This document shows, one piece after another, positions 1-10,942 of a DNA stretch of 45,132 nucleotides. The notes below the pieces were generated by a model. It saw nothing but the letters and a program-made list of their open reading frames with translations, had not been told where the DNA came from and made no database searches. Both the position numbers and the translations under genes were made by a program. Location of the stretch: positions 1-45,132 of the forward strand of contig NW_021826257.1 in assembly GCF_006345805.1 (NCBI RefSeq), written 5' to 3'. This DNA is from Octopus sinensis (taxonomy: Eukaryota). Each line of letters starts with the position of its first letter. Within the stretch, counting starts at the first letter, position 1.

Positions 1-76
1 ACCCCCTCGCCGAAATTTCTGGTCATGTGCCAAAATTTGAAAGCATATATTTATATATATAGATATATATATTATA

Positions 77-119
<43 letters not shown>

Positions 120-1080
120 TATATATATAATATAGTTGTCCGGGCCGTTGCGTTCTTGTCCCATTTTGTATTTATATAATATATATATATTTATATACAT
201 AAATATAAATATATATATTATATATAATAATATAGTATATACATAACACACGCACACACACACATATATATATATAGTTGTAGTAGTAAGAACAGGGGTG
301 GATATGGTAGAGGCATTGCGATACCTATTAACCTGGTGTAGAATACAATATACGTACGCTTCTGAACGAAGGTTTGGTCGAGTACAGAGATGACAATGAG
401 ATAAACGATGAAATGTAACGTTGTACTGCATCCAATAGCGGAAACAGCTGTAAGCCAGTGGAATTTATCAGATAATCGTTTTTCCCTTAGTCACGTCTTT
501 TCTTATATATATATATATATATATACCCTTTCTTTATGTAAGCACCACAACTGGAACCTTCCCTACATTGGATCTGGAATTCACAGTGGACCGTAAAACT
601 GCTTGACCGCAGGCATATATATATATTTTTTCATACACAATTATTCTTATATGAATGTGTTTATTGGTTTGTTTATGTGCATGTATACGTAGTGTTACGA
701 CATTGATGTATGCGTGAATGTCCGTATACTCTCTTCGCGCGGATATGCTAACCCTGACCCTGACTTAGTATTGTTATTATTAAAATAACTTTATTCGAAT
801 GAATCCTTCAAATGATTAATTATAATTATACATAAATAGTGGCTATAGCCCATGGTCCTAGTCCCCGATAAAGACTTCGGAGTTTAAATCATTTGAGCAC
901 TACTACGTGTTTTCTATACTGATCACATCTGATCTCATCGGTTGATACATAGACACACCCATACCCCACCACACATGCACGTTTATGTATCTTAATCCAT
1001 ATGTTTATGTACGTTTGCATATATATATATACATATACACATACCATATATGTATTATATTTATAGATATATATATACAC

Positions 1081-1125
<45 letters not shown>

Positions 1126-1242
1126 AGTAAAAGCAATTAAGAGTTCAAGTGAGTTCCAATGAATTCACATGAATGCGGTACTTACTAGATGCACCAGAAA
1201 TCTATATGGTATTAACCATAAAATAATGTGGGGTGATTATAA

Positions 1243-1473
1243 ACAAGAAAAAAGCAACAAGAATGGATTAGTTTTTCAGTACAATTGTTTCATACGAAGA
1301 ACAGCTTTATTAAAAGCTGCAAATATGCAGCAAATACAAGGGTCCGTACTCATCAGCCAAAACACATATGAGTTTTCCAATTTACTGCAATATTTGCTGC
1401 TTTTAATAAAGCTGTTCTTCGTATGAAACAATAGTACTGAAAAACTAATCCATTCTTGTTGCTTTTTTCTTGT
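1243..1473. repeat. Fold-back / MITE-like palindrome, ~90-bp arms and ~55-bp spacer
   Basis: ACAAGAAAAAAGCAACAAGAATGGATTAG... pairs with ...CTAATCCATTCTTGTTGCTTTTTTCTTGT with few mismatches. Abuts a (TA)n tract. Confidence 0.85.
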
Positions 1474-1496
1474 ATGTATATATATATATATATATT

Positions 1497-1533
<37 letters not shown>

Positions 1534-2562
1534 CGAATGTATGTGTATGTATCGGCGACAGATGATGGACAATAATAGGTTTACATTCTATTTGGATATT
1601 GAGTATTCTTTTATGCTAATGTGAATTTAGCCATTTGATAAATAGAAATTGTCAAAAAAAACAAAAACAAAAAAAAATATTAGAAAACGTATTGTGGTCA
1701 ATATGATTGACTACAAATGTAAAGATAGTACTCCAGCATGGTCGCAATCCACAAACTGAAGCCAGTAAAAGAAATTTTTTTTAAAGTAACACTACCATAT
1801 TCCTGTTGAAAACAAACACATTCTTCTTTCAAGCCGACCACTCTGAGGGCATCACGTAACCCGAGAGAGCTGAAGTCATTATTGATAGAAAAAAGAAAAA
1901 TACTAAAAGAAAAAGAAAAAGTAAAGGTAAATAAAAAAAATATTTGATTGAAAAGCCGGTATATAGATCAAAATCGATAAAGATAGAGTTGCTGCTGTTC
2001 GGTTTCTCAGTATATTTTGGTCAAGAGATGAAAATGCTATTATAATCCGTTTGAGCTCCACATTCATCTGTTCTTTTTGGGAATATTACAGACCTCTAGG
2101 GGTCAACTTATACGGAGAAAAAGATAATCAGATTGAAGGCTTCTGAAAGATCGATAACGACAAAACTCAATAGTATAGCTGGTTAAAGATCGATAGATGT
2201 AAAATTCAATACTGTAGCTTGTTAATATTAGTGAAGAAGTCTAAAGTTTGTTTGTATATTAAAATTTGTAATTTTCATCCTTCTAACGTTGGTGGTGATG
2301 GTGGTGAGGGAGCTTGACCGGTTTACGTAAATGCGAGAGCCTCTATATAGACAGCTTAATTTTCTTAAATTCATACAGATAAGGACAGGCTGGGTAGTGC
2401 AGCCTGAGGTGCCAAAGACAAAAATCTTTATTCCCCCTCCTCTTGACGGAATGCCTTTAATCATCGATCAGACTCGGAGTAAACGACAATAACCTAGAAA
2501 ACATGGTACTTTACAAACGCAACTAAATGACGGCGGATTGAGTCTTTGCAGCCAAGTATAAA

Positions 2563-2929
2563 ATTCTGTTGTGTCTGCGGAGAGTCATTTTCTTTTTGTG
2601 CCTTATTATTTAAAACACTCACAGGTAAAATTTCCACTTTTTTCTTATTTTTATTTTCCTAAAATTTTCGTTGCGTCTTGCAACCTTTTCAATAGTTTTG
2701 ACTCTCAAAAGGTTGAAAAGGCTGCAAGACGCAATGAACATTTTAGGAAAATAATAAGAAAAAAGTGGAAAATTTACCGGTGAGTGTGTTTCAAAACTAT
2801 TGAAAAGGTTACAAGACGCAACGAAAATTTTAGGAAAATAAAAATAAGAAAAAAGTGGAAATTTTACCGGTGAGTGTGTTACATTATAAAGCACAAAAAG
2901 AAAATGACTCTCCGCAGATACAACAGAAT
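2563..2929. repeat. Fold-back element, ~139-bp arms, with a third partial arm copy as spacer
   Basis: 2563-2701 is the reverse complement of 2791-2929. The spacer 2702-2790 repeats the inner part of the right arm in direct orientation. Confidence 0.85.
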
Positions 2930-3529
2930 ATGCTTCAATACACGAACTCATATAAAGAATCTTGCAGATCAAATCTAAAAGCGAAACAAGCATAAAATTT
3001 TTTGTGGTATTTGTTCCTGCTTTCTGCGTTCTATGTTCAAATCCCGCCTGGATCAATTAGCATTTTAATATGAGGTCAATAAAATGAAATAGCTATCCAG
3101 GGCAATGGGATAGCGGAATTAGTTGGTGCATCGACGGATGGTTTCTCTTTAGGTGGCTGGTAGACTTTATCCAACGCTTGGCTTGATACCACTACATGGT
3201 GCTTGATTGTCTTTAGCAGAGTTCACTTTGCTAAAAGCATTCTGGCTGATCATCTGGGTTTGAGGATTTTACCATTTTCCAACGAACTTAAATAATAAAG
3301 AGTCGTTGGTGTTGCACCTCCCTTTGACTAAGCCGTTGACATCAACTCAGGAGTTTCCTATTCGTCATTGTTTTTTAAAGTAATTAGTAACAATTACTTA
3401 GGATTTAGGCCAGAGCTTAACTTGCTTGTATAGCGTATAAGTGAATGAGATGACATTGCTCTCTCATTCACGGTATGATCACGACTGTAACACTTGCCTG
3501 ACACATTGGGTGTCTTTAGCAGAGTTCAC

Positions 3530-3745
3530 CCTTCTCTCACTCTTTCATCCTGTTTCTGTTGTACCTGTATTTCAAAGGGCTAGCCTTGTCTCACTCTGTG
3601 TCACGCTGAATTTCACCGAGAACTACGGTAAAGGTACACGTGTCTGTGGAGTGTTCAGCCACTTGCGCGTTAATTTCACGAGCAGGCTGTTCCGTTGATC
3701 GGATCAACTGGAACCCTCGTCATCGTAAAAGACAGAGTGCCACGA
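3530..3745 (+). mobile_element. 5'-truncated SINE related to family C, with a different 3' region
   Basis: Shares CTCTCACTCTTTC(A/T)TCCTGTTTCT with 4086-4110, then diverges. A decayed version of this tail is at ~12060-12130. Confidence 0.7.
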
Positions 3746-3796
<51 letters not shown>

Positions 3797-3929
3797 TTAT
3801 TTCAGTCACTTGACTGCGGCAATGGTGGAGCACGGCCTTCATGGATTTTCTGAACCACAAAGCCACAATTATATGTATGTGTATGACTCCCTCGATCAGA
3901 GCTACCCAGGAACTAAACAACACCGACAT

Positions 3930-4289
3930 TAGGAGGCGCAATGGCCCAGTGGTTAGGGCAGTGGACTTTCAGTCGGAGGATCGCGGTTTCGATTCCCAGA
4001 CCGGGCGTTGTGTGTGTTTACTGAAGCTCCACGAGGCTCCGGCAGGGGGTTGTGGCGATCCCTGTTGTACTCCATCGTTCCAACTTTCTCTCACTCTTTC
4101 TTCCTGTTTCTTGTCCCCGACTTCCTACGCAACCGCTGAGCCTGGATGCGCAATCATCCATCCGTCGATGCTCTCGGTGTCGGGGGTTGACCTGCTTTCT
4201 CTTCTGCGGGTCTTACGAATAGCAAAGGACCACGTTTCATACTTCTCCCACTAATGGGACGAAGACCGCTTCGTTCAACAAACAAACAA
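3930..4289 (+). mobile_element. Full-length tRNA-derived SINE (family C) with (CAAA)n tail and 11-bp TSD
   Basis: A-box TGGCCCAGTGG, B-box GGTTTCGATTCCC, tail CAACAAACAAACAA, TSD AACACCGACAT at 3919-3929 and 4290-4300. Confidence 0.9.
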
Positions 4290-4598
4290 AACACCGACAT
4301 CAGAAACATCAGCAACATTTTGGTAACAACATTTTGTTAAATTAAAGTCACACAATATTCAAAAACCTCACCTGCCTTTGGATTGAATCTTTAAACATTT
4401 ATAAAGGCATTTAAATATGAAATCTTAAAGACAACTCCTGTATCCAACATGATTCCGCTCTTCCGCAACCAACTACTTTAAAGTAGTCACAGTGGTGTGT
4501 TAGTGTTGTTGTTCGGTTCCATTTCAGCCCAAAGTGGTTCCAGCCGTGACGATCCCATCACTTTTGTATATTTAGGATTACGTTGCTGAAGATATATA

Positions 4599-4789
4599 TT
4601 TCTTTACTACCCACAAGGGGCTAAACACAGGGGGGACAAACGGATTAAGTCGATTACATCGACCCCAGTGCGTAACTGGTACTTAATTTATAGACTCCGA
4701 AAGGAAGAAAGGCAAAGTCGACCTCGGCGGAATTTGAACTCGCTATGCATTTCGCCCGGCGTGCTAACGCTTCTGCCACTCGCCGCCTT
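4599..4789 (-). mobile_element. SINE family B (GGCGGCGAG...GTAGTAAAGAAAT), internally deleted, with 16-bp TSD
   Basis: TSD TTGCTGAAGATATATA at 4583-4598 and 4790-4805. Matches copies at 12985-13217 and 38234-38470. Confidence 0.9.
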
Positions 4790-4815
4790 TTGCTGAAGAT
4801 ATATAATCAAATATA

Positions 4816-5130
4816 GAGGTAGGCGTGGCTGTGTGGTAAGAAGCTTGCATCCTGACCACATAGCTTCGGGTTCAGTGCCTTCTACTTTCGCCACGGGCCG
4901 ACCAAAGCCTTGTCAGTGAATTTGGTTGACGGAAACTGGAAGAAGCCCGTTGTATACACATACGTGTTGGTGTGTTTCCGTCCCCGTAAACTAGCATCTC
5001 GCGAGAAAGATAAAATAAATACCAGGCTTTAAAAAAATAAGTCCTGGGGTCGGTTCGTTTGACTAAAATTCTTCAAGATGGTGCCCCAGCATGGCCGCTA
5101 TCTGATGACTGAAACAAGTAAATGGTAAAT
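4816..5130 (+). mobile_element. SINE family A (tRNA-like head GGCGTAGGAGTGGCTGTGTGGTAAG...GGGTTCAGTCCC), diverged copy
   Basis: Colinear similarity to copies at 8495-8930, 16309-16711 and 36478-36875. Confidence 0.75.
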
Positions 5131-5830
5131 GATTTCCAACGGTGACCATCTCTTCTTTTGATATTATTTTACTGTCATGGAGATGTTGATTGTAGATGAT
5201 GGGGGGGGTGAATGTAGCATTTTAAACGCCGGTGTTGGATTTCCTGGAATTCTTGAAGCAGCCGTAGCACCAACAGCGGTTGTGTAAGTGCCGCTGTGCT
5301 GTGTTAGTGTCAGTGGTTGTTACTTAAGGTTTGTAGAACCATTTAGGACTACATGTTTGTGCTGGGCTTTTTTTTTTACACCGTCATTACTTAGCCGTTC
5401 GGCAAAAGAGAATAAGTCACTTAAAATAAGATCGGAGACAAATTTGATGCACTAAAGACTTCAAGGCGGTGCACCAGTATGGCCGCAGGTCCAATGATTT
5501 AAGCCAACGAAGCAAAAGTAGTAAGATATGTGATTTGAGGAGGGAGATTTCGGTGCTATGTTAAGTAGTTTTAGGCAACACACACACACCTAAAGGGCTT
5601 TATTGTTGGGTCTGCTTCCATTGCTGCTGCTGCTACTACTAGTGCTACTACTACTAGTAGTTGTAGTATCTCGATGGTGTCGATATAAAGTGAGATGTAG
5701 CTGTGGAAGAATGAACGGAAATGTGCGACGCTTTTTATGTGAATGCATGAGGAGGAGGAGGAGGAGGAAGAGGCTTAAAAGTGAGGAAAGACAGTCGGTA
5801 ACAACAGACGAGAAAACACCGCGAGATAGA

Positions 5831-5878
<48 letters not shown>

Positions 5879-6003
5879 GAAAAAAGGTGTTCCGAATGCT
5901 GGATGGTTGTAAAAATATATATTTATTTACATATCACATATTATTTCTTCATATTAGCGCTTTCACTACTCCTGTAGTTTCATCAGAAATGTATATATAC
6001 ATT

Positions 6004-6093
<90 letters not shown>

Positions 6094-6205
6094 TGAGAGA
6101 AAGAAAGAGAGAGGGAGAGCAGTGCACAGACACATAGTTAAGAAGTGGGAGTGCGTCAGAGAGATGTAAAGGCAAAGTGAGAGTAGGAGTGTAAGAGAGA
6201 TGTAA

Positions 6206-6246
<41 letters not shown>

Positions 6247-7177
6247 AAGTATAGTGAATCGCGCTTACAGATAGCGTAAGAACTACATGTATGTGCATGT
6301 GTACACACACACACGCACGCACGCACATACGCACACACACACGCATAATTTGAATCTCTTCTCCGCTCTCTACGCGTGTTGTACGCTACTCCACCTCTCC
6401 CTCTCTCTCTATCCACGCCATGCTATCTCTTTCCTAGTTACGCTTTGCTATTATGTCGCTCTGACGCACTCCCACTTCTTAATTTTGTTATCTATGCACT
6501 GCTGTCTTCTCTCTCTCACTCTCTCTCGCTCTCTCTCTCTCTCACGCGCACGCGCACTGATGCGCTCGCACATGTGCGCGGTTGAGAAGTTTATTTCGCA
6601 AACACGTGGTTTCGGGTTCAGTCCCGTTACGCAGCATTTTGAGTGTTTTTATTATTATTATTAATTACATGGACCAGTATAAATGGACCAATTCTCAGGT
6701 TTCGCCTGTAATTGAAAAGGGTTTTATAAAAGGAGAAAGGGGCTCTCTACCCCCCTTTTGACCAGGCTCCCGTTGGCTTTTATGGGGTTTTTTTTCCACC
6801 AGGAACCTTTGGAAGCGCCTCCCCCTATTGGGAGTTTTTCGTTGTTATATTATTTGATTGATACACTGTTTTTACACGATTTTTTCACAAACGGACAAAA
6901 CCCTTTGTAACCTTTCGTCCTGTTTTCTCCCTTTATGTTTACTAATCATGTGTGTCAGCCCTTGTGGCCAATAAAAAGAATAAATTATTATTATTATTAC
7001 AGCCAATCAATGTCTTTGGAATGAATTTGGTAGATGGAAACTACGCCGATTGTCTTGGAGCGTGTGTGTAGCTTCGGAACAAAAGGATTGTCAGTGGCCT
7101 CGAGGTCAAGCCGAAACTTCGAAGTCTCTGTCAACATTCTCCTTGTGAAAATTAATAAATATGTATTCTGCGAAAAA

Positions 7178-7429
7178 GGGTACTACTTGAGAACAGCGGT
7201 CCCGGTGCGCGCACTTGCGTAGTCGCGAATCCGCGCTAGATAGTCATGACTAGTCGATCCTACAACGACTACCTAGCAAGGTTCTAAAATAAATAATTTT
7301 TGTTTAAACACATAGATAAAATCCTAAAACACCACCTGTATCGACCTAGTCGAGACTAGTCATTCGCGCTCCGGATGTTGCGACCTACGCGAGTGCGCGC
7401 ACCGGGACCACTGTTCTCAAGTAGTACCC
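7178..7429. mobile_element. Unclassified CpG-rich MITE, copy 1 (252 bp)
   Basis: TIRs GGGTACTACTTGAGAACAG(C/T)GGTCCCGGTGCGCGCAC, about 45 bp near-perfect and about 85 bp imperfect, around an AT-rich core. Possible imperfect TSD CGAAAAAG / CGAAAAG. A second copy lies at 30954-31267. Confidence 0.85.
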
Positions 7430-7726
7430 GAAAAGCTAGTAATTACCCTTTAGTTTCATGTTAAATTGGTTTAGTATTTAACTTCATATCAAAACAAACA
7501 TTAACATATATGCGTGTGCGCGGGTGAATGTGTATGCGCGAGCGTGTTGTGTGTATCAGAGCAGGTTTGTTTAAGGCCCATCCCTCCCGAAAGTAGCGGA
7601 GAGGTTTGGCAAACATTCGAACTTATAGAATAACTAAGATTTGAAATATGAACAGGGTTTGATTTGATCGACTAAAGATTACAGTAGAGTCCCAGGATGA
7701 CTACAGTTCAATCGCAGGAACAAGAA

Positions 7727-8150
7727 TATATGTATGTATGTATGTATGTATGTATTATATGTGTGTGTGTATGTATGTATGTGTGTATGTATGTATGCTT
7801 GTATGTATGTATGTATGTATGTGTGTATGTATGTATATGTGTGTGTATGTATATGTGTGTGTGTGTATGTATGTATGTGTGTATGTATGTATGTATGTAT
7901 GTGTGTATGTATGTATGCATGTATGTGTGTATGTATGTATGCATGTATGTATGTATGTATGTATGTATGTATGTATGTATGTATGTATGTATGTATGTAT
8001 GCATGTATGTATGTATGTATGAATGTATGCTGTATGTATGTATGTGTGGTTGTATGTATGTATGTATGTGTGTATGTATGTATGTATGTATGTATGTGTG
8101 TATGTGTGTATGTATGTATGTATGTATGTATGTATGTATGTATGTATATA
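7727..8150. repeat. (TATG)n/(TG)n microsatellite
   Basis: Direct inspection; source of the MYVC/HTYI ORFs. Confidence 0.95.
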
Positions 8151-8677
8151 TAGGCGTAGGCATGGCAGTGTGGTATGAAGTTTGCTTCTCAACCACATAG
8201 TTCCGGGTTCAGTCCCACTGCATAGCACGTTGGGCAAGTGTCTTCTACTATAGCCTCGAGACCACTAAAGCCTTGTAAGTGGATTTGTGACACAGAAACT
8301 GAAAGAAGTCTGTCTGTGTTTGTATTTGTCCTGTACCACCACTTGACAAACGGTGTTGGTTTGTTTACGTCATCATAATCTAGCGGTCCAGCAAAAGATC
8401 GATATTACGTTTATTGAGGTCGATTTGTTCGACTAAACCCTGCAAAGCCGTGCCCCAGCATGGCCGCAATGCAGGGAATGAAACAAGTTATATAGGCGTA
8501 GGAGTGGCTGTGTAGTAAGTAGCTTGCTTACGAACCACATGGTTCCGGGTTCAGCCCCACTGCGTGGCACCTTGGGCAAGTGTCTTCTACTATAGCCTCG
8601 GGCCGACCAAATCCTTCTGAGTGGATTTGGTAGACGGAAACTGAAAGAAGCCCATCGTATTATATATATAGATATAT

Positions 8678-8719
<42 letters not shown>

Positions 8720-8930
8720 GTCTGTCTGTGTGTTTGGCCCCCTCAACATCGCTTGACAACCGATGCTTGTGTGTTTACGTCCCCGTAACTTAGCGTTTCA
8801 GTAAAAGAGACCGATAGAATAAGTACTAGACTTACAAAGAATAAGTCCCGGGGTCGATTTGCTCGACTAAAAGCGGTGCTCCAGCATGGCCACAGTCAAA
8901 TGACTGAAACAAGTAAAAGAGTAAAAGAGT
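8151..8930 (+). mobile_element. Two head-to-tail SINE family A copies (8151-8490 diverged; 8495-8930 near-consensus)
   Basis: Both start TAGGCGTAGG and carry B-box-like GGGTTCAG(T/C)CCC, ACCTTGGGCAAGTGTC-like body and GAAACAAGT 3' region. Confidence 0.9.
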
Positions 8931-9039
8931 ATATATATACTCTTTTACTCTTTTATATATATATTAGTAAAACGGTAAGATAACAAAAGAAAGAAAGAGA
9001 CCTCAGAGAAATGTTTTTTTAGCCCTCGGTCATCTGGAG

Positions 9040-9220
9040 TCCAACAGATCCATTCTGTGAAATGCGTTCCACCTGCAATCATGCATTTTTTAAAAGTCAG
9101 GTATATTGTTTATAAGACAACAGTGTTTTATGTTATTTCTCTTTTTTTTTCTTAAGGCTGTAATGTGTAATTTGAGGGGGGATTTAGCTGCTATTTGTAG
9201 CAGGTCGACGACCGCGTAAT
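9040..9220 (+). repeat. Old dispersed repeat family E (core GTG(T/A)(G/A)ATTTGAGGG(A/G)GATTT(A/G)GCTGCTATTT(C/G)TAGCAG); representative copy
   Basis: Diverged core recurs at ~5530, 11390, 26640(-), 29320, 33080, 33635, 38960(-), 39760(-) and 44420(-). Confidence 0.65.
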
Positions 9221-9621
9221 TACTTCGTTAGTTGCAGTTTTGTAACGTTGTCAGCGACGGTAGAAATGTTTAGTGGAAGTTCACTTTGTTGCTGGTGGCA
9301 GGAAGGGGAGGAGGGGGAAAGGGTGAAGATGGAGAGAAGAAAGGAGAATTTAATAGGGAGAAATACATAAAATCCATTAGAATAATACCGTATGTTTATA
9401 CACATCTACACACACACACACACATATATATACACTTACATATAATGTATATGAGAAATTACGATGAACATGAATTTGCTCTGTATATCATAACCAGTAT
9501 TACGATCAAGTATAGCAGTTGCTTAAATACTATACTAGAAGCAGACTGGACGAGGATAATTCTACGTGGAGCTCTAAACTTAAGGGTAGCAGTCGTACAT
9601 CTATTTGTACACACACACAGA

Positions 9622-10112
9622 CAGGCATGGCTATGTGGTTAAGAAGTTCGCTTAGTTACCACGTTATTTTTGGTTCAGTCCTACAGGGCGGCAATCTGGG
9701 AAAATGCCTTCTATACAGCCGGCAAATACTTTCGACAGAAACTCTTAAGAAAGCCCGTTATATATATATATAAATATATAATATAATATAAACAATATAT
9801 AAATATATGCTTATTTACATACATATACGTACAAACCTGTATACATGCATATATGGGTACAGGACATTAAAAAAAAACGGTGGACACAATGAGAAACGAA
9901 ACCATAAAAACAAAAACATAGAAAACAAGAGAAATGAAACAAGCAACATAAAGAGTATTTCCTTCATCATCCATATATGTATGTATGTATGTTTATATAT
10001 ATAATATATTATATATATATATATATAATATATGTACGCGTAGGTATATATATGAATATATATGTGCAAGTATGTATATATATATATATATATATATTAA
10101 TATATATATGTA

Positions 10113-10151
<39 letters not shown>

Positions 10152-10153
10152 TA

Positions 10154-10185
<32 letters not shown>

Positions 10186-10468
10186 GATATATATATAATA
10201 TATAGATATATATATCTACGTATATACGTATATATGTCTATATATGTGTGTGTGTTAGTCTGTCTGTCTGTGACTGTGTGTATATGGATGTATATATTTG
10301 TGTGTCTGTTCTTGTCACCCCACCATCGCTTGATAACCGATGCTGGTGTGCTTACGTCCCCGTAACTTAGCGGGGACGCCGATAGAATAAGTCCTGGGGT
10401 CGATTTGCTCGACTAAAGGCGGTGCTCTAACATGGCCGCAGTCAAATGACCGAAACAAATAAAAGAAT
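9622..10468 (+). mobile_element. SINE family A split by nested microsatellites and a short interspersed repeat
   Basis: 5' part 9622-9760 and 3' part 10250-10468, with a TATGGGTACAGGAC-type repeat and (TA)/(TG) tracts between. Confidence 0.7.
9852..9962 (+). repeat. Short dispersed A-rich repeat starting TATGGGTACAGGAC, associated with (TA)n
   Basis: Second copy at ~27618-27750; looser relatives at ~37394-37440 and ~135-175(-). Class unknown. Confidence 0.65.
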
Positions 10469-10497
10469 ATATATATTCGTGAGTGTGTAATTGAATT

Positions 10498-10545
10498 GAT
10501 AGATGCTTAGAGTGACAGTTAGATAGACATGTAGGAAGATAGATG

Positions 10546-10608
<63 letters not shown>

Positions 10609-10742
10609 TTCTTAACTGCCCACAAGGGGCTAAACACAGAGAGAGGACAAACAAGAACAGACAAAGGGATTAGGTCGATTAAATCGACTCCAGTGTGAAA
10701 CTGGTACTTTATTTTCGCGCTGGGGTCGATAGATAGATAGAC

Positions 10743-10806
<64 letters not shown>
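10498..10806. repeat. (GATA)n microsatellite interrupted by a SINE fragment
   Basis: Direct inspection. Confidence 0.95.
10608..10720 (-). mobile_element. SINE family B 3' fragment within a (GATA)n array
   Basis: TTTCTTAACTGCCCACAAGGGGCTAAACACAGAG... matches the family B 3' end; (GATA)n on both sides. Confidence 0.8.
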
Positions 10807-10897
10807 GAACTGTTATAATGAATGAGATTAGATTAGAAAAGTAGAAATAATTGAAAATTATGGACTTGAAGAATGGAAATGAAATAAGAGAGAGAGA

Positions 10898-10942
<45 letters not shown>

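Noticed and set aside
2040-2200. Minus-strand FVVIDLSEAFN resembling non-LTR RT motif A
   Set aside because: Single short motif; spacing of flanking residues does not fit and no other RT motif is clearly in register.
3931-4005. Possible tRNA gene
   Set aside because: A and B boxes present, but no convincing cloverleaf; it continues into a SINE body with tail and TSD.
4368-4420. Minus-strand exon candidate ending CAG|GTGAGG (xFIFKCLYKCLKIQSKG)
   Set aside because: Good donor but mediocre acceptor, unrecognisable peptide and no partner exon.
9023-9100. 78-nt + strand exon candidate (TTTTTTAG|...CAG|GTATAT)
   Set aside because: Overlaps the start of a dispersed family E repeat copy; splice-like signals are probably incidental.
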